Position numbers and translations under genes: made by a program. A stretch of 64,000 nt of DNA from Candidatus Sumerlaeia bacterium (GTDB lineage Bacteria > Sumerlaeota > Sumerlaeia > SLMS01 > JANRJK01). A model generated the notes under the pieces. It saw only the letters and a list, made by a program, of their open reading frames with translations. It was not told the origin of the DNA and did not search any database. Of the stretch, positions 38,047 through 49,872 are shown in pieces. Every line of letters begins with the position of its first letter. Position 1 is the first letter of the stretch. Location of the stretch: positions 448,001-512,000 of the forward strand of contig JANRJK010000013.1 in assembly GCA_033764015.1 (NCBI GenBank). Reading direction: 5' to 3'.

Positions 38047-38795
38047 CACGCCGCATCATCCCGTGCCTCGACGTCCGCGACGGGCGCATCGTGAAGGGTG
38101 TCCGGTTCCAGAACCTGCGCGACGCCGGCGACCCCGCGGAGCGCGCCGCCGCCTACGAGGCGCAAGGCGCCGACGAGCTCGTGGTCCTCGACGTCTCTGC
38201 CACGCCGGAGGGGCGCCGCACGCGCTACGACACCGTCCGCGCGGTGCGCGGCGCGCTTTCGATCCCGCTCACCGTCGGCGGGGGAGTTCGCAGCGACGAC
38301 GACGCGGGACGCCTCCTCGAAGCGGGCGCCGACAAGGTCGGCGTCAACACCGCGGCGGTTGTCGATCCCTCCCTGATCGGACGCATCGCGACGCGGTTCG
38401 GCAGCCAGTGCGCCATCCTCGCGCTCGACGCCGCCGCCGCCGGGCCGGGCCGCTGGGAAGTGGTCGTCGAATCCGGCAAGAAGCGCACCGGCATCGACGC
38501 GCTGGAGTGGGCCCGCCGCGCGGCGGACCTCGGCGCCGGCGAGATCCTCCTGACGAGCTGGGACCGCGACGGCACCCGCAGCGGCTACGACACGGAGCTG
38601 CTCGCCGCCATCTCCGCCGCGGTGCGCGTGCCGGTGATCGCCTCCGGCGGGGCGGCCACGCCGGACCACCTGCTCGAAGCGCTCCGCGCGGGCGCGGACG
38701 CGGTCCTCGCCGCATCGATCTTCCACGACGGGGAGTACACCGTCGCCGACCTGAAGCGCCAGCTCGCCAGCAACGGAGTCACCGTCCGCCCATGA
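38040..38795 (+). CDS. hisF: IGP synthase cyclase subunit
   Basis: MLTRRIIPCLDV, GADELVVLD, PLTVGGG, GEILLTSWDRDGT, IASGGA, AASIFH. Confidence 0.97.
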   Translation: MLTRRIIPCLDVRDGRIVKGVRFQNLRDAGDPAERAAAYEAQGADELVVLDVSATPEGRRTRYDTVRAVRGALSIPLTVGGGVRSDDDAGRLLEAGADKVGVNTAAVVDPSLIGRIATRFGSQCAILALDAAAAGPGRWEVVVESGKKRTGIDALEWARRAADLGAGEILLTSWDRDGTRSGYDTELLAAISAAVRVPVIASGGAATPDHLLEALRAGADAVLAASIFHDGEYTVADLKRQLASNGVTVRP

Positions 38796-40066
38796 TCGTC
38801 CCATCCATCGACCTGATGAACGGCCAGGCTGTCCAGCTCGTCGGCGGGCGCGAAAAGGCGCTCGACGCGGGCGACCCGCTCCCCATCGCGGAGCGCTTCC
38901 GCGTCGCGGGCGAGATCGCCGTGATCGACCTCGACGCCGCGCTCGGGCAGGGGAGCAACGAGGACGCCGTCCGCCGCCTCTGCCGCGTGGCGCGCTGCCG
39001 CGTCGGCGGCGGCATCCGCACCGTCGAGCGCGCCCGCCAATGGCTGGACTGGGGCGCCGAGAAGGTGATCCTCGGCACCGCGGCGACCGTTGACAATCTC
39101 AAGCAATTACCCCGCGAGCGCGTCATCGCCGCGCTCGACGCCTACGAGGACGAGGTGGTCGTCGAGGGTTGGCGCACCAAGACGGGCCGCACGATCGCGG
39201 AGGGTCTCGCGGAGCTCGCCCCCCACGTCGGCGGCTTCCTAGTCACCTTCGTCGAAAAGGAAGGGCGCCTCGGCGGGACCTCGCTCAACAAGGTGCCGAA
39301 GATCGTCGAGGCCGCGGGCCACGCCCGCGTCACCATCGCCGGCGGCATCACCGTCGCCGAGGAGATCGCCGTCCTGGACCGCGCGAAGGCGGACGCCCAG
39401 GTCGGTATGGCGCTGTACACGAACCGGCTCCACCTCGGCGACGCCATCGCCGCGCCCCTCCGCTCCGACCGCGCCGACGGCCTCTTTCCCACCGTCGTCA
39501 CCGACGAGTACGGCAGCGCCCTCGGCCTCGTGTACTCGAACGCGGAGAGCATCCGCGAGGCGGTCGACACGATGCGCGGCGTCTACTTCTCCCGCTCGCG
39601 GAACGGCCTCTGGCGGAAGGGCGAGTCCTCCGGCGCGCACCAGGAGCTCCTCGGCATCGACCTCGACTGCGACCGCGACGCGCTCCGCTTCCGGGTGCGC
39701 CAGCACGGCGCGGGATTCTGCCACCGCGAGACCTACACATGCTGGGGCAGGCACCTCGGCCTCGTCGGGCTCGAGCGCGTCCTGCGCTCGCGGCTCGAGG
39801 ACGCACCCGAGGGCTCGTACACCCGGCGCCTCTTCAACGACCCCGACCTCCTGGCTTCGAAGATCCGGGAGGAGGCGCGCGAACTCACCGAGGCGGAGGG
39901 CGAGGACGCGCTGCGCCACGAGGCCGCCGACCTGCTCTATTTCGCGCTCGTCCGCCTCGTGAAAGCGGGCATCCCGCTCGCCGAGGTCGAGGCGGAGCTG
40001 GAGCGGCGCGGTCGCCGGGTCTCGCGCAGGCCCGGCAACGCCAAGCCGGAGCGCGTCGATGGCTAG
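38792..40066 (+). CDS. Trifunctional-type fusion HisA (ProFAR isomerase)-HisI (PRA-CH)-HisE (PRA-PH)
   Basis: HisA barrel IVPSIDL...DLDAA...VGGGIR...GMALY; HisI SRSR..LWRKGESSG..Q...DCDRDAL..FCH..TC; HisE SYTRRLF..KIREEA..EAADLLY. Confidence 0.92.
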   Translation: MIVPSIDLMNGQAVQLVGGREKALDAGDPLPIAERFRVAGEIAVIDLDAALGQGSNEDAVRRLCRVARCRVGGGIRTVERARQWLDWGAEKVILGTAATVDNLKQLPRERVIAALDAYEDEVVVEGWRTKTGRTIAEGLAELAPHVGGFLVTFVEKEGRLGGTSLNKVPKIVEAAGHARVTIAGGITVAEEIAVLDRAKADAQVGMALYTNRLHLGDAIAAPLRSDRADGLFPTVVTDEYGSALGLVYSNAESIREAVDTMRGVYFSRSRNGLWRKGESSGAHQELLGIDLDCDRDALRFRVRQHGAGFCHRETYTCWGRHLGLVGLERVLRSRLEDAPEGSYTRRLFNDPDLLASKIREEARELTEAEGEDALRHEAADLLYFALVRLVKAGIPLAEVEAELERRGRRVSRRPGNAKPERVDG

Positions 40067-41324
40067 CCTCGCGATGCGCCGGCTCGCCCCGGACGAGGTC
40101 GCCGCGCTCCGCCGCGCGCCGGTGGACGGGGAGACGCTCCGCCTCGCCGAAGAAATCGTCTCGGAAGTCCGACTCGAGGGCGAAAGGGCGCTTCGACGCC
40201 ACGCCGAACGCTTCTCCGAGGTCGGGCCCGGGGCGCCGCTGCTGATCGGCAGGGATGCGCTCCGCTCCGCGCTCGAGGGGATCGACCCGGCGCACCGCGC
40301 GGTCCTCGAGCGCACCGCCGAGCGCATCCGTCGCTTCGCGGACGCGCAGCGCGCCTCGGTCCGTCCGGTGGAGTTCGCGATCCCCGGCGGCTTCGCGGGG
40401 CAGGAGCTGGCTCCAGTCGAGCGCGCCGGATGCTACGCGCCCGGCGGGCGCTTCCCGCTGCCGTCCTCCGTGCTGATGACCGCCGTCACCGCGCGCGCCG
40501 CGGGCGTGCAGTCCGTCATCGTCGCGTCGCCGCGACCGGCGCCGGTGACGCTCGCCGCCGCCTCGGTGGCGGGCGCGGACTGCCTTCTCGCCGCCGGAGG
40601 CGCGCACGCGATCGCGGCGCTCGCCTACGGAGCCGGACCCGTCGAGCCCTGTGCTGTCGTGGTGGGCCCCGGCAGCCGCTGGGTGACCGCCGCCAAGAAG
40701 CTCGTCGCGGGCGCCGCCGGCATCGACATGCTCGCCGGGCCGTCGGAACTCGTTGTCATCGCCGATGCCAACGCCGACGCCTCGATGGTCGCGGCGGACC
40801 TGCTGGCCCAGGCGGAGCACGACACCGACGCCTTCCCGGTCCTCATCGTGACGGATGCCCGCCTCGCGGACCGGGTGGAAGCGGCCCTCGCGGAGCAGCT
40901 CGCCACGCTCCCCACCGCGGAGACCGCGCGCACCGCGCTCCGCAACGGCTTCATCGTCGTCGCCCGCGACTTGGACGAGGCGGCCCGCGTCTCCGACGAG
41001 CTGGCGCCGGAGCACTTGCAGCTCCTCGTCGCCGAGCCAGAGGCGCTCCACGCGCGCCTGCGCCACTACGGCGGGCTCTTCATCGGCGCCGACGCGGCGG
41101 AGGTGCTCGGCGATTACGGCGCCGGGCCGAACCACACGCTTCCCACCGGCGGCTCCGCCCGCTTCGCCGCCGGACTCTCGGTCTTCAACTTCCTGCGGAT
41201 CCGCACGTGGCTGCGGATCGACGACGCCGCCGCCTCGCAGGAGGCCGTCCGCGACGCGGTCTCGCTCGCCCGCATGGAAGGCCTCGAGGCGCACGCCCGC
41301 GCGGCGGAACGCCGGCTCCGCTAG
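40059..41324 (+). CDS. hisD: Histidinol dehydrogenase
   Basis: GCYAPGG, GGAHAIAALAYG, IDMLAGPSE, DLLAQAEH, APEHL, GDYGAGPNHTLPT. Confidence 0.97.
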   Translation: MASLAMRRLAPDEVAALRRAPVDGETLRLAEEIVSEVRLEGERALRRHAERFSEVGPGAPLLIGRDALRSALEGIDPAHRAVLERTAERIRRFADAQRASVRPVEFAIPGGFAGQELAPVERAGCYAPGGRFPLPSSVLMTAVTARAAGVQSVIVASPRPAPVTLAAASVAGADCLLAAGGAHAIAALAYGAGPVEPCAVVVGPGSRWVTAAKKLVAGAAGIDMLAGPSELVVIADANADASMVAADLLAQAEHDTDAFPVLIVTDARLADRVEAALAEQLATLPTAETARTALRNGFIVVARDLDEAARVSDELAPEHLQLLVAEPEALHARLRHYGGLFIGADAAEVLGDYGAGPNHTLPTGGSARFAAGLSVFNFLRIRTWLRIDDAAASQEAVRDAVSLARMEGLEAHARAAERRLR

Positions 41325-41331
41325 CGCCGCG

Positions 41332-42789
<1,458 letters not shown>

Positions 42790-42791
42790 CG

Positions 42792-42825
42792 CGGCGGGCC
42801 CCTCCGCTTCCGGAGGGGCCCGCCG
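42792..42825. terminator. Perfect 15-bp hairpin between convergent genes (probable bidirectional terminator)
   Basis: CGGCGGGCCCCTCCG-CTTC-CGGAGGGGCCCGCCG, starting 3 nt after the regulator stop codon; no U tract. Confidence 0.6.
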
Positions 42826-42850
42826 ACTGCAGTTCGATCCCCGGCGTTCG

Positions 42851-45091
42851 TCAGTACGTGTAAACGCGGACCGTGTAGTTCGCGACCACCGATTGGCGGC
42901 GGAAGCTGATGACGCCCACGCGGTACGTTCCGGCGGGCACGCCCTTGTAGGAGATCTTCGAGTACTTGCCATCGCCGCCGTCGTCGTCGCGCACCACCAC
43001 GCGCGATCCCGCGAACAGATACAGTTCCGTGTCCCCACCGGCGGGGCCGCTCGTTTCGATCTTCACGTTCTGCGTCGAGTCCAGCGTGAACGAGTAGTAG
43101 TCCACGTCGCTGCTCGGCGACAGGTTGTAGGTGACCGCGGGACCGTTCACCGCCAGGGGGATCGCCTGCGCGGGCGTGTCGTTCGGCTCGCCGTTCTCCC
43201 CGATCGTCACGGTGATCCGGAAGGTGGCGGAAGTGTAGCCGTTCACCGAGACGTAGTACGTGTTCCCCGGCTGCAACTGCGGGTTGGAGTTGGCGTCCAC
43301 AACGACGAGTTCGTTCGAGTCGTCAAGATACGGGCGGAAGTCCCATGCGCTGGTCGTGGGGATCGCGCCGCGCCGCACATACAGGTCGGCGTCGCCGGTG
43401 CCTTCCAGCTGCGCGCGCAGTGAGCCGGTCCCCGACGGGACGCTGATCGTGAAATGGCGCCACTCACCCGCCCCGACCGTCGTGGTGATCGGCACGCCGG
43501 AGGTCAGCGGCGTGGTCTCGACGCCCTCCGGAATCGCGTTCACCGCCGCGGACAGGTTGACGAGCGGCTTCGTGATTCCCGCGATGCCTCCCGCCTTGGT
43601 GTCCGTGGTGCCTGTGCCCGTCGAGGTGAGCAGCGACTTCACCTCCGCGACCGTCGAGAGCCGGCCCCTGCGGGCGAGCGATGCTGACTGCAGCACCGCC
43701 GCCGCTCCCGCAACATAGGGAGTCGCCGCCGAGGTGCCGCCGAAATTGAATGTGTAGTCGCCGGTCTCGTAGCCGCCGGAGCCGGCGACGTCCGTGGAAT
43801 AGACCGCGTAGGATGGCGCCAGAACGTCGAGGAAAGATGCGGTGTTCGAGAACGCGCACACCTTTCCCGCGAATGTGGACGTCTCGAAGAAGGCGCCGGC
43901 GTAGCCGCCAAGCTCGCACGAGATGTTCGACTGGAGGCCCGGCAGGCAGCTCCCCGAGGAGATACACCAGCCGGGCTGCCCGACGTTCGCGTCGTAAACC
44001 GCGCCCACCGAGACGATGCTGGAGACGCAGGCCGGCGCCGACATCGAATCGCAGTAGCCGTTGTTGCCCGAGGCCGCCACGACGATGATGCCCGCGTTCG
44101 CCGCCGCATTGGCCGCGCTCAGGTACGACGGGTTCGCCGAGTCGCAACTCGACGCGGAGCCGTAGCGCCCGCCGCCCAGCGACATGCTGATCACGCGGAT
44201 CGGGTTCTGCGCGCTGGCGAACTGGTTCGTGATGCACCAGTTCATGCCCTCGACCACATCGACGTTCGAGGCGAGTTGGCTTTCACCGTCGGGGAACACC
44301 TTCACCGCTGCGATCTTCGCGTCGGGCGCGACGCCGCCGGTGTAGTCGCCGATCGCGCTGCCCGGCGAGGTGCCCGCCGCGATGCCCGCGCAAGCGGTGC
44401 CGTGCGCGCCGCTCGGGTTGCGCGGGTTCGTGTCTCCCGCGCCCGCGGTGTCGACGCCGGAAACAACCTTTGAGTTGGGGAAGCCCCCGCCTCCCAGCAT
44501 CGGGTGATTATAGTCCACGCCGTCGTCGAGGATCGCGATCGTCATTCCCGCCCCGCGGTAGGTGTTGCGGATTGGCAGGGCGTTCATGACCGAAAGACCT
44601 TGCTGGTCCTGCCGCGAGACGAAACGCTCCGGTTCGACTGCCAGCACCCGGGGGTCCGCCAGCAGGTCCGCCATCGCGAGCGCGTCCGCATCGAGGGCCA
44701 TCGCGGCGAACGCGTCGAATCGCGCCTCGACCCGGAAGGTCCCCGGAGTGAGTCCCGCGAGGATCGCGTCCTTCTCGCGCGAGAGGTCCCCGAACCACGC
44801 CGCGCGGGAGTCCTTGTCGGCCCAGTCCACCTCGGCGCGGCTCGCCGCCGGTTCGCGGTAGGTGACGATCACGCGCCCATAGCCGGTCGCCGGACTCACC
44901 GCCCGGAAGAAATCCTCCGGGTCGAGCAGCTTGTCGAAACCCTCCGCATCGACCAGGTAGTCGCGGGTGAATGAAGCGGCGTCGCTGCCCATGCCTTCCG
45001 CGAGCGATGGAATGGTGCTCGTGGGATCCGAGGCAAGGGCGGTGGCGGCGAGCAGCGCGGCGGCTGCCGCCGGAATCAGAGGGCGCAACAT
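42851..45091 (-). CDS. Secreted S8 (subtilisin-like) serine peptidase with two C-terminal PPC domains
   Basis: Signal peptide; catalytic triad AILDDGVD, HGTACAG, GGTSAATP; oxyanion ASGN; PPC motifs GDADLYVR and SDVDYY...DDDGG. Confidence 0.92.
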   Translation of the reverse strand: MLRPLIPAAAAALLAATALASDPTSTIPSLAEGMGSDAASFTRDYLVDAEGFDKLLDPEDFFRAVSPATGYGRVIVTYREPAASRAEVDWADKDSRAAWFGDLSREKDAILAGLTPGTFRVEARFDAFAAMALDADALAMADLLADPRVLAVEPERFVSRQDQQGLSVMNALPIRNTYRGAGMTIAILDDGVDYNHPMLGGGGFPNSKVVSGVDTAGAGDTNPRNPSGAHGTACAGIAAGTSPGSAIGDYTGGVAPDAKIAAVKVFPDGESQLASNVDVVEGMNWCITNQFASAQNPIRVISMSLGGGRYGSASSCDSANPSYLSAANAAANAGIIVVAASGNNGYCDSMSAPACVSSIVSVGAVYDANVGQPGWCISSGSCLPGLQSNISCELGGYAGAFFETSTFAGKVCAFSNTASFLDVLAPSYAVYSTDVAGSGGYETGDYTFNFGGTSAATPYVAGAAAVLQSASLARRGRLSTVAEVKSLLTSTGTGTTDTKAGGIAGITKPLVNLSAAVNAIPEGVETTPLTSGVPITTTVGAGEWRHFTISVPSGTGSLRAQLEGTGDADLYVRRGAIPTTSAWDFRPYLDDSNELVVVDANSNPQLQPGNTYYVSVNGYTSATFRITVTIGENGEPNDTPAQAIPLAVNGPAVTYNLSPSSDVDYYSFTLDSTQNVKIETSGPAGGDTELYLFAGSRVVVRDDDGGDGKYSKISYKGVPAGTYRVGVISFRRQSVVANYTVRVYTY

Positions 45092-45405
45092 GGAGGTGCT
45101 CCGATCGGACTTGGAATTAGCTACAGGTCCGCTTCGGCGCGCCGCACGGCAACGGCAATCGTCTGGCATGAGCCGCGACGGGGCCGCTGCGGCGGTCCTT
45201 TCCCTTGACGGGCGGAGGCGCTGGCCATTCCCTCTTCCCATCACCCGCGTTTGCCCAGCCGCCCGCCCGAAAGTGCCAAGGCTCCACCGGCAACCCGGGT
45301 CATTCGCGCGCCTTGCACCGGAGTCGCTCTCCGCCAAGTCCAGCGCCCATTCAACTGCCGGCACTCCCGGAAGCCCCCGCCGCCCCACCACCCATCGGAG
45401 AATCT

Positions 45406-48400
45406 ATGCGGATTAGCGAAGTTGCGACCCTTAGCGGAGCCAACCCCAAGGACATCATCGATTTGGTGGAAGCCAAGCGCGAGGCGTTCGCGGCGAAGGG
45501 TTTCAAGATCAACAAGAAGCTCACCGCTTCCAGCGGCCTCGAACCCGAGGTCGCGGCGGAAGTCGTCGCCACCTTGGACCGCAGCCGCCAGGCCGCGATC
45601 GACTCCGAGAAGAAGGCGAGCGACGCCGTTAAGCACGAAGAGGCCGAGAAGCGCCGCGCGGAAGACGCGCGCAAGCGCGCCGAGCGCGACGTCGACGAGC
45701 GCCGCAAGGCCGAGGAGCGCCGCAAGCAGGCCGACCAGGAACTCGCCAAGCGCACCGAGGAGCTCGCGAAGATCGCTTCGCAGCGTGTCGCGCCCCCGCC
45801 GCCGGTCGCACCGCCCCCGGTCGCGCCGCCGCCCGCCGCGACTGCCCCCGCAGGCGCGCCGCCGCGTCCCCAGCAGCCTCGCCCCCAATCCCCCCCCATG
45901 AATCGCGGCGACCGCCCGCAAGGCGACCGGCCGCAAGGCGACCGCCCCTACCAGCCCCGCGGCGACCGCCCCCAAGGCGACCGTCCCCAGGGCGATCGGC
46001 CCTACACGCCGCGCACCGGCGACCGTCCCCAAGGCGACCGGCCATACCAGCCCCGCGGCGACCGTCCCCAGGGCGACAGGCCCCAGGGCGACCGCCCCTT
46101 CCAGCCGCGTGGCGACCGTCCCCAAGGCGACCGCCCGCAGGGCGACCGTCCCTACCAGCCCCGTGGCGACCGCCCCCAAGGCGACCGCCCCTACCCGCTG
46201 CGCACCGGTGATCGTCCGCAGGGCGACCGCCCGTACCAGCCCCGCGGCGACCGCCCCCAAGGCGACCGTCCCTACCCGCCCCGCACCGGCGACCGCCCCC
46301 AGGGCGACCGGCCCTACACGCCGCGCACCGGCGACCGCCCGCAGGGCGACCGTCCGTACCCGCCCCGCGCACCGGGCGACCGTGGCGGTTACCAGGGCCG
46401 CGGGCCCGGAGGCCCCGGCGGAGACCGCGGCGGCCCCCGTCCGGGTGGACCCGGCGGGCGTCCCGGCGATCCGCGCGGCCCGCGCCCCATGGGCGGAGGC
46501 CCCGGTGGCTTCGCCGCACGCGGTGGCGCCGTGGACACGACCACGCCGGAGACCGAAGTCGACAACCGGCCCAAGCGCGGGGACCCGCGCGGGAAGAAGA
46601 AGGACCGCGACTCGAGCATCAAGGACTTCGTCGCACAGGGCTTCGGCACCGACCTGAAGAACAAGTCGGCCGATCCGCGCGCCCGCAAGGGCCCGGTGAA
46701 GGCCGCCGCCCCCGCCGCGCGCCGTCGCGACGACGACCCGAAGCGCATCCGCCCCACGGAGTTGTTCCACCTCTCCGACGGCATCGAGCAGCGCCAGCGC
46801 GGCCGCCGTCCCACAGGCGGGCGCAAGGGCCCCGGAGGCGCGTCCGTCGCCAACGAGCCGGAAACCCGCAAGGTGACGCTGACCGGCGACTTCACCGTCT
46901 CCGATTTCGCCGCCAAGATCGACGTGCCCGCCTCCGAGGTGATCAAGAAGCTGTTCCTCATGGGCGAAGCGCTCACCATGAACCAGATGCTCAACCCGGA
47001 TCTGGCGGAACTGATCGCCTCCGAGTTCGACATCGAGGTCTCCGTCGAACGCGAAGGCGACGAGTTCGACATCGAAGAGTTCCAGGAAGAGGAAGACGAG
47101 TCGAAGCTGGTGCACCGCGCTCCCGTGGTCACCATCATGGGCCACGTCGACCACGGCAAGACGACGCTCCTCGACCGCATCCGCAAGGCGAACGTCGCGG
47201 CGAAGGAAGCCGGCGGCATGACGCAGCACATCGGCGCCTACAAGGTGGACACCACCAAGGGCCCGATCGTGTTCCTCGACACGCCCGGCCACGAAGCCTT
47301 CACCGCCATGCGCGCCCGCGGCGCCAAGGTGACCGACCTGGTCGTCCTGGTCGTCGCCGCGAACGACGGCGTGATGCCGCAGACCATCGAGGCGATCAAC
47401 CACGCCAAGGCGGCCGGCGTCCCCATCATCGTCGCCGTCAACAAGGTCGACCAGAACGGCGCCGACCCGATGCGAGTGAAGCAGGAGCTGATGTCGCATC
47501 AGCTCGTCGCCGAGGACTTCGGCGGCGAAACGATCATGGCCCACGTCTCCGGCCTCACCGGGCAGGGCGTCGACGAGCTCCTCGAACTCATCGCCCTGCA
47601 AGCCGAAGTGCTCGAGCTGAAGGCCAACCCGGACCGCCCCGCGGAGGGTTCCATCGTCGAGTCGCGCATCGATCCGCTGCGCGGCGCCGTCGCCACGGTC
47701 CTGATCCAGCGCGGCACGCTCCGGATCGGCGACGTCTTCCTTTGCGGCGTCGAGACCGGCCGTATCCGCGCGATGCGGGACGACAAGGGCAAGGCGCTCG
47801 AGGAGGCGGGGCCCTCCACGCCCGTCGAAATCCTCGGCATCTCCGGAAGCCCCGCCGCCGGCGAGCACTTCATCGTGCTCGACGACGAAGGCACCGCCCG
47901 CGACATCGCCGACCGCCGCCAGCACCGCCGCCGCAGCCGCGGCACGGTCGCCCGCGAGCACGTCACCCTTGAGAACCTCGCGCAGCATATCGCCGAGGGC
48001 GAAACAAAGACGCTCAACATCATCGTCAAGGCCGACGTCCAAGGCTCCGTCGAAGCGATCCGCGGCGCCTTGGAAAAGATCAAGAGCAACAAGGTCATGA
48101 TCCGGGTGCTCCACTCCGCGGTGGGCGGCGTCGGCTCCAGCGACGTGTCGCTCGCCGACGCCTCCGACGCGATCGTCATCGCCTTCAACGTCCGCGCGGA
48201 CGGCGAAGCGATGTCGCTGGCCGAGCGCCTCGGCGTCAGCATCCGACACTACGACATCATCTTCAACGTCATCGGCGATGTCGAAAAGGCGATGGTCGGC
48301 ATGCTCGCGCCGGTCATCGAGGAGAAGGTCGAGGGACGCATGCAGATCCTCCAGACCTTCCGCGCCTCGAAGATCGGCATGATCGCCGGCGGCGTCGTCC

Positions 48401-48630
48401 AGTCCGGCACCGTCAGCCGCAACCACAAGGTCCGGCTCATCCGCGACAGCGTGATTGTGTACACCGGGTCCGTCGCGTCGCTCCGCCGCGTGAAGGACGA
48501 CGTCAAGAGCGTCGAGACGGGCGTGGAGTGCGGTATCGTGCTCGAACGCTTCAACGACGTGAAGGTCGGCGACGTGATCGAGACCTACTCGATCTCTTCG
48601 AGGGAAGCCACCCTCGCCGAGAACAGGTAA
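45406..48630 (+). CDS. infB: Translation initiation factor IF-2
   Basis: [52 protein letters not shown] upstream of the ATG. Confidence 0.98.
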   Translation: MRISEVATLSGANPKDIIDLVEAKREAFAAKGFKINKKLTASSGLEPEVAAEVVATLDRSRQAAIDSEKKASDAVKHEEAEKRRAEDARKRAERDVDERRKAEERRKQADQELAKRTEELAKIASQRVAPPPPVAPPPVAPPPAATAPAGAPPRPQQPRPQSPPMNRGDRPQGDRPQGDRPYQPRGDRPQGDRPQGDRPYTPRTGDRPQGDRPYQPRGDRPQGDRPQGDRPFQPRGDRPQGDRPQGDRPYQPRGDRPQGDRPYPLRTGDRPQGDRPYQPRGDRPQGDRPYPPRTGDRPQGDRPYTPRTGDRPQGDRPYPPRAPGDRGGYQGRGPGGPGGDRGGPRPGGPGGRPGDPRGPRPMGGGPGGFAARGGAVDTTTPETEVDNRPKRGDPRGKKKDRDSSIKDFVAQGFGTDLKNKSADPRARKGPVKAAAPAARRRDDDPKRIRPTELFHLSDGIEQRQRGRRPTGGRKGPGGASVANEPETRKVTLTGDFTVSDFAAKIDVPASEVIKKLFLMGEALTMNQMLNPDLAELIASEFDIEVSVEREGDEFDIEEFQEEEDESKLVHRAPVVTIMGHVDHGKTTLLDRIRKANVAAKEAGGMTQHIGAYKVDTTKGPIVFLDTPGHEAFTAMRARGAKVTDLVVLVVAANDGVMPQTIEAINHAKAAGVPIIVAVNKVDQNGADPMRVKQELMSHQLVAEDFGGETIMAHVSGLTGQGVDELLELIALQAEVLELKANPDRPAEGSIVESRIDPLRGAVATVLIQRGTLRIGDVFLCGVETGRIRAMRDDKGKALEEAGPSTPVEILGISGSPAAGEHFIVLDDEGTARDIADRRQHRRRSRGTVAREHVTLENLAQHIAEGETKTLNIIVKADVQGSVEAIRGALEKIKSNKVMIRVLHSAVGGVGSSDVSLADASDAIVIAFNVRADGEAMSLAERLGVSIRHYDIIFNVIGDVEKAMVGMLAPVIEEKVEGRMQILQTFRASKIGMIAGGVVQSGTVSRNHKVRLIRDSVIVYTGSVASLRRVKDDVKSVETGVECGIVLERFNDVKVGDVIETYSISSREATLAENR
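45907..46370 (+). repeat. Coding tandem repeat in the IF-2 N-terminal region (about 24 GDRP units, 15-nt core)
   Basis: Repeated GGCGACCG(C/T/G)CC(C/G)CA(A/G), encoding (GDRPQ)1-2-GDRP-Y/F-xPR(T). Confidence 0.95.
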
Positions 48631-48653
48631 CCCAAGACGCCACCCGCAACAAG

Positions 48654-48683
48654 AAGGGGCCCCTCTCGCGAGGGGCCCCTTTC
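48654..48683. terminator. Rho-independent terminator after infB (convergent genes)
   Basis: AAGGGGCCCCTC-TCGC-GAGGGGCCCCTT(T). Confidence 0.75.
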
Positions 48684-48703
48684 CATAGGCGCGGGCCCGG
48701 GCC

Positions 48704-49510
48704 CTATGCCGTGACGCGCACCGGGCACTCCTGCGAAAGCGCCATGTAGACCGCGAAGAGGAACCGCTTCAGGTCCCGGATCGAGGCATCGTCCATGGGG
48801 TAGGGATCGATCGCGAACTCGAGCCCCGGCGCATTCTCGCCGAGGGACCCGGGGTCTTCGACCGCGCGCGCGACATGCTCCGCGACCGCGTCGCCGTGGG
48901 TGCCGTCGGAGAGGCGCAGCGCGCCGAGCTGCAACAGCAGCCCCAGGCCGTGCTCCGGCCCGATCTCGCCCGGCAACAGCAACTCGTGAAGCAGCGCGTC
49001 TGTCGTCGCGCCCTCCCCGACAGCCAGCGGTTCCGGCCGCTCGATGAATCCGAGCCGCCTCCACTCCGCCAGCCGCGGGTCCGAGCCGTACCCGTGATCC
49101 TCGATCCCGGCGTCGAACAGCGAGCGCGCCCGCGTTCCCTCCGGGGCGAGGCGGCCCGCGAGCCACTCCTCCGCCGCAAGGCTGACCGGGAACGCGATCA
49201 CTCCGTGGCACCCGAAGGGGGCCTCGTCCACGTTCGCCGGGCAGCCCTCGCACTGCTCCTCGTAGGCTACGAGCGCCGCCGATTCCTCGCGCAGGCTCGA
49301 CACGGAGCGCCGGGCCTCGGCGACCTCCTCCCCGTCGGCCCGGCGCAGTACCACGATCATCCGCTCCTCGTCCTCGACTCCCTTCGTCTCCCGGAAGAGC
49401 CGCGCGAACTTCCCGGCGCGGTCGCGCAGGAAGACCAGCCTCTCCAACTCCTCCGGACCAAGTTCCTCCCTCGGCACGCAAGGGTAGTCGATGTAGTAGC
49501 GGATGCCCAT
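48704..49510 (-). CDS. Hypothetical protein with Cys motifs
   Basis: MGIRYYIDYPC...CEGCPAN...PFGC; starts 14 nt after the hpf stop; codon usage is typical of the window. Confidence 0.7.
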   Translation of the reverse strand: MGIRYYIDYPCVPREELGPEELERLVFLRDRAGKFARLFRETKGVEDEERMIVVLRRADGEEVAEARRSVSSLREESAALVAYEEQCEGCPANVDEAPFGCHGVIAFPVSLAAEEWLAGRLAPEGTRARSLFDAGIEDHGYGSDPRLAEWRRLGFIERPEPLAVGEGATTDALLHELLLPGEIGPEHGLGLLLQLGALRLSDGTHGDAVAEHVARAVEDPGSLGENAPGLEFAIDPYPMDDASIRDLKRFLFAVYMALSQECPVRVTA

Positions 49511-49524
49511 ACGTTGCCTTCGAA

Positions 49525-49872
49525 TCAGTCCACCGGCGGGGCGACGCGCTTGCGGGCGGTCGCCGTGGCGCGGGCGGTGCGCGGAGTGGCCTGCTTGCGT
49601 TCCTTCTGCCGGGCGATCTGCTTCTGCACACGCCGGTAGGAGTTGTCGAACGCGCGGCCAAGATCGTCGTCCTCCGTCAGCGCGGCGCCATGGAATTGTC
49701 CCGCCGAGACCAGGATTTCGACCCGGAAGCGGAACTTCTCCTCCTGCATCACGACCTCGATCTGGTCCACCTTGTCGAAGTGGCGGCCGAGCCGCTCGCA
49801 CTTCTTGGCGATGACCTCGCGCATGCGGGGGGCGACATCCATCTTGTTGCGGGCGGTGATTCGAAGCGTCAT
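49525..49872 (-). CDS. hpf: Ribosome hibernation promoting factor (short HPF/RaiA family)
   Basis: LRITARN..DVAPRMREVIAKKCERLGRHF...DDLGRAFD...KQIARQKER; GAGGAG upstream of the ATG. Confidence 0.8.
   Translation of the reverse strand: MTLRITARNKMDVAPRMREVIAKKCERLGRHFDKVDQIEVVMQEEKFRFRVEILVSAGQFHGAALTEDDDLGRAFDNSYRRVQKQIARQKERKQATPRTARATATARKRVAPPVD

Noticed and set aside
45907..46370. Short direct repeats that superficially resemble a CRISPR array
   Set aside because: They are in-frame coding repeats of IF-2 with third-position variation, no unique spacers and no cas genes.
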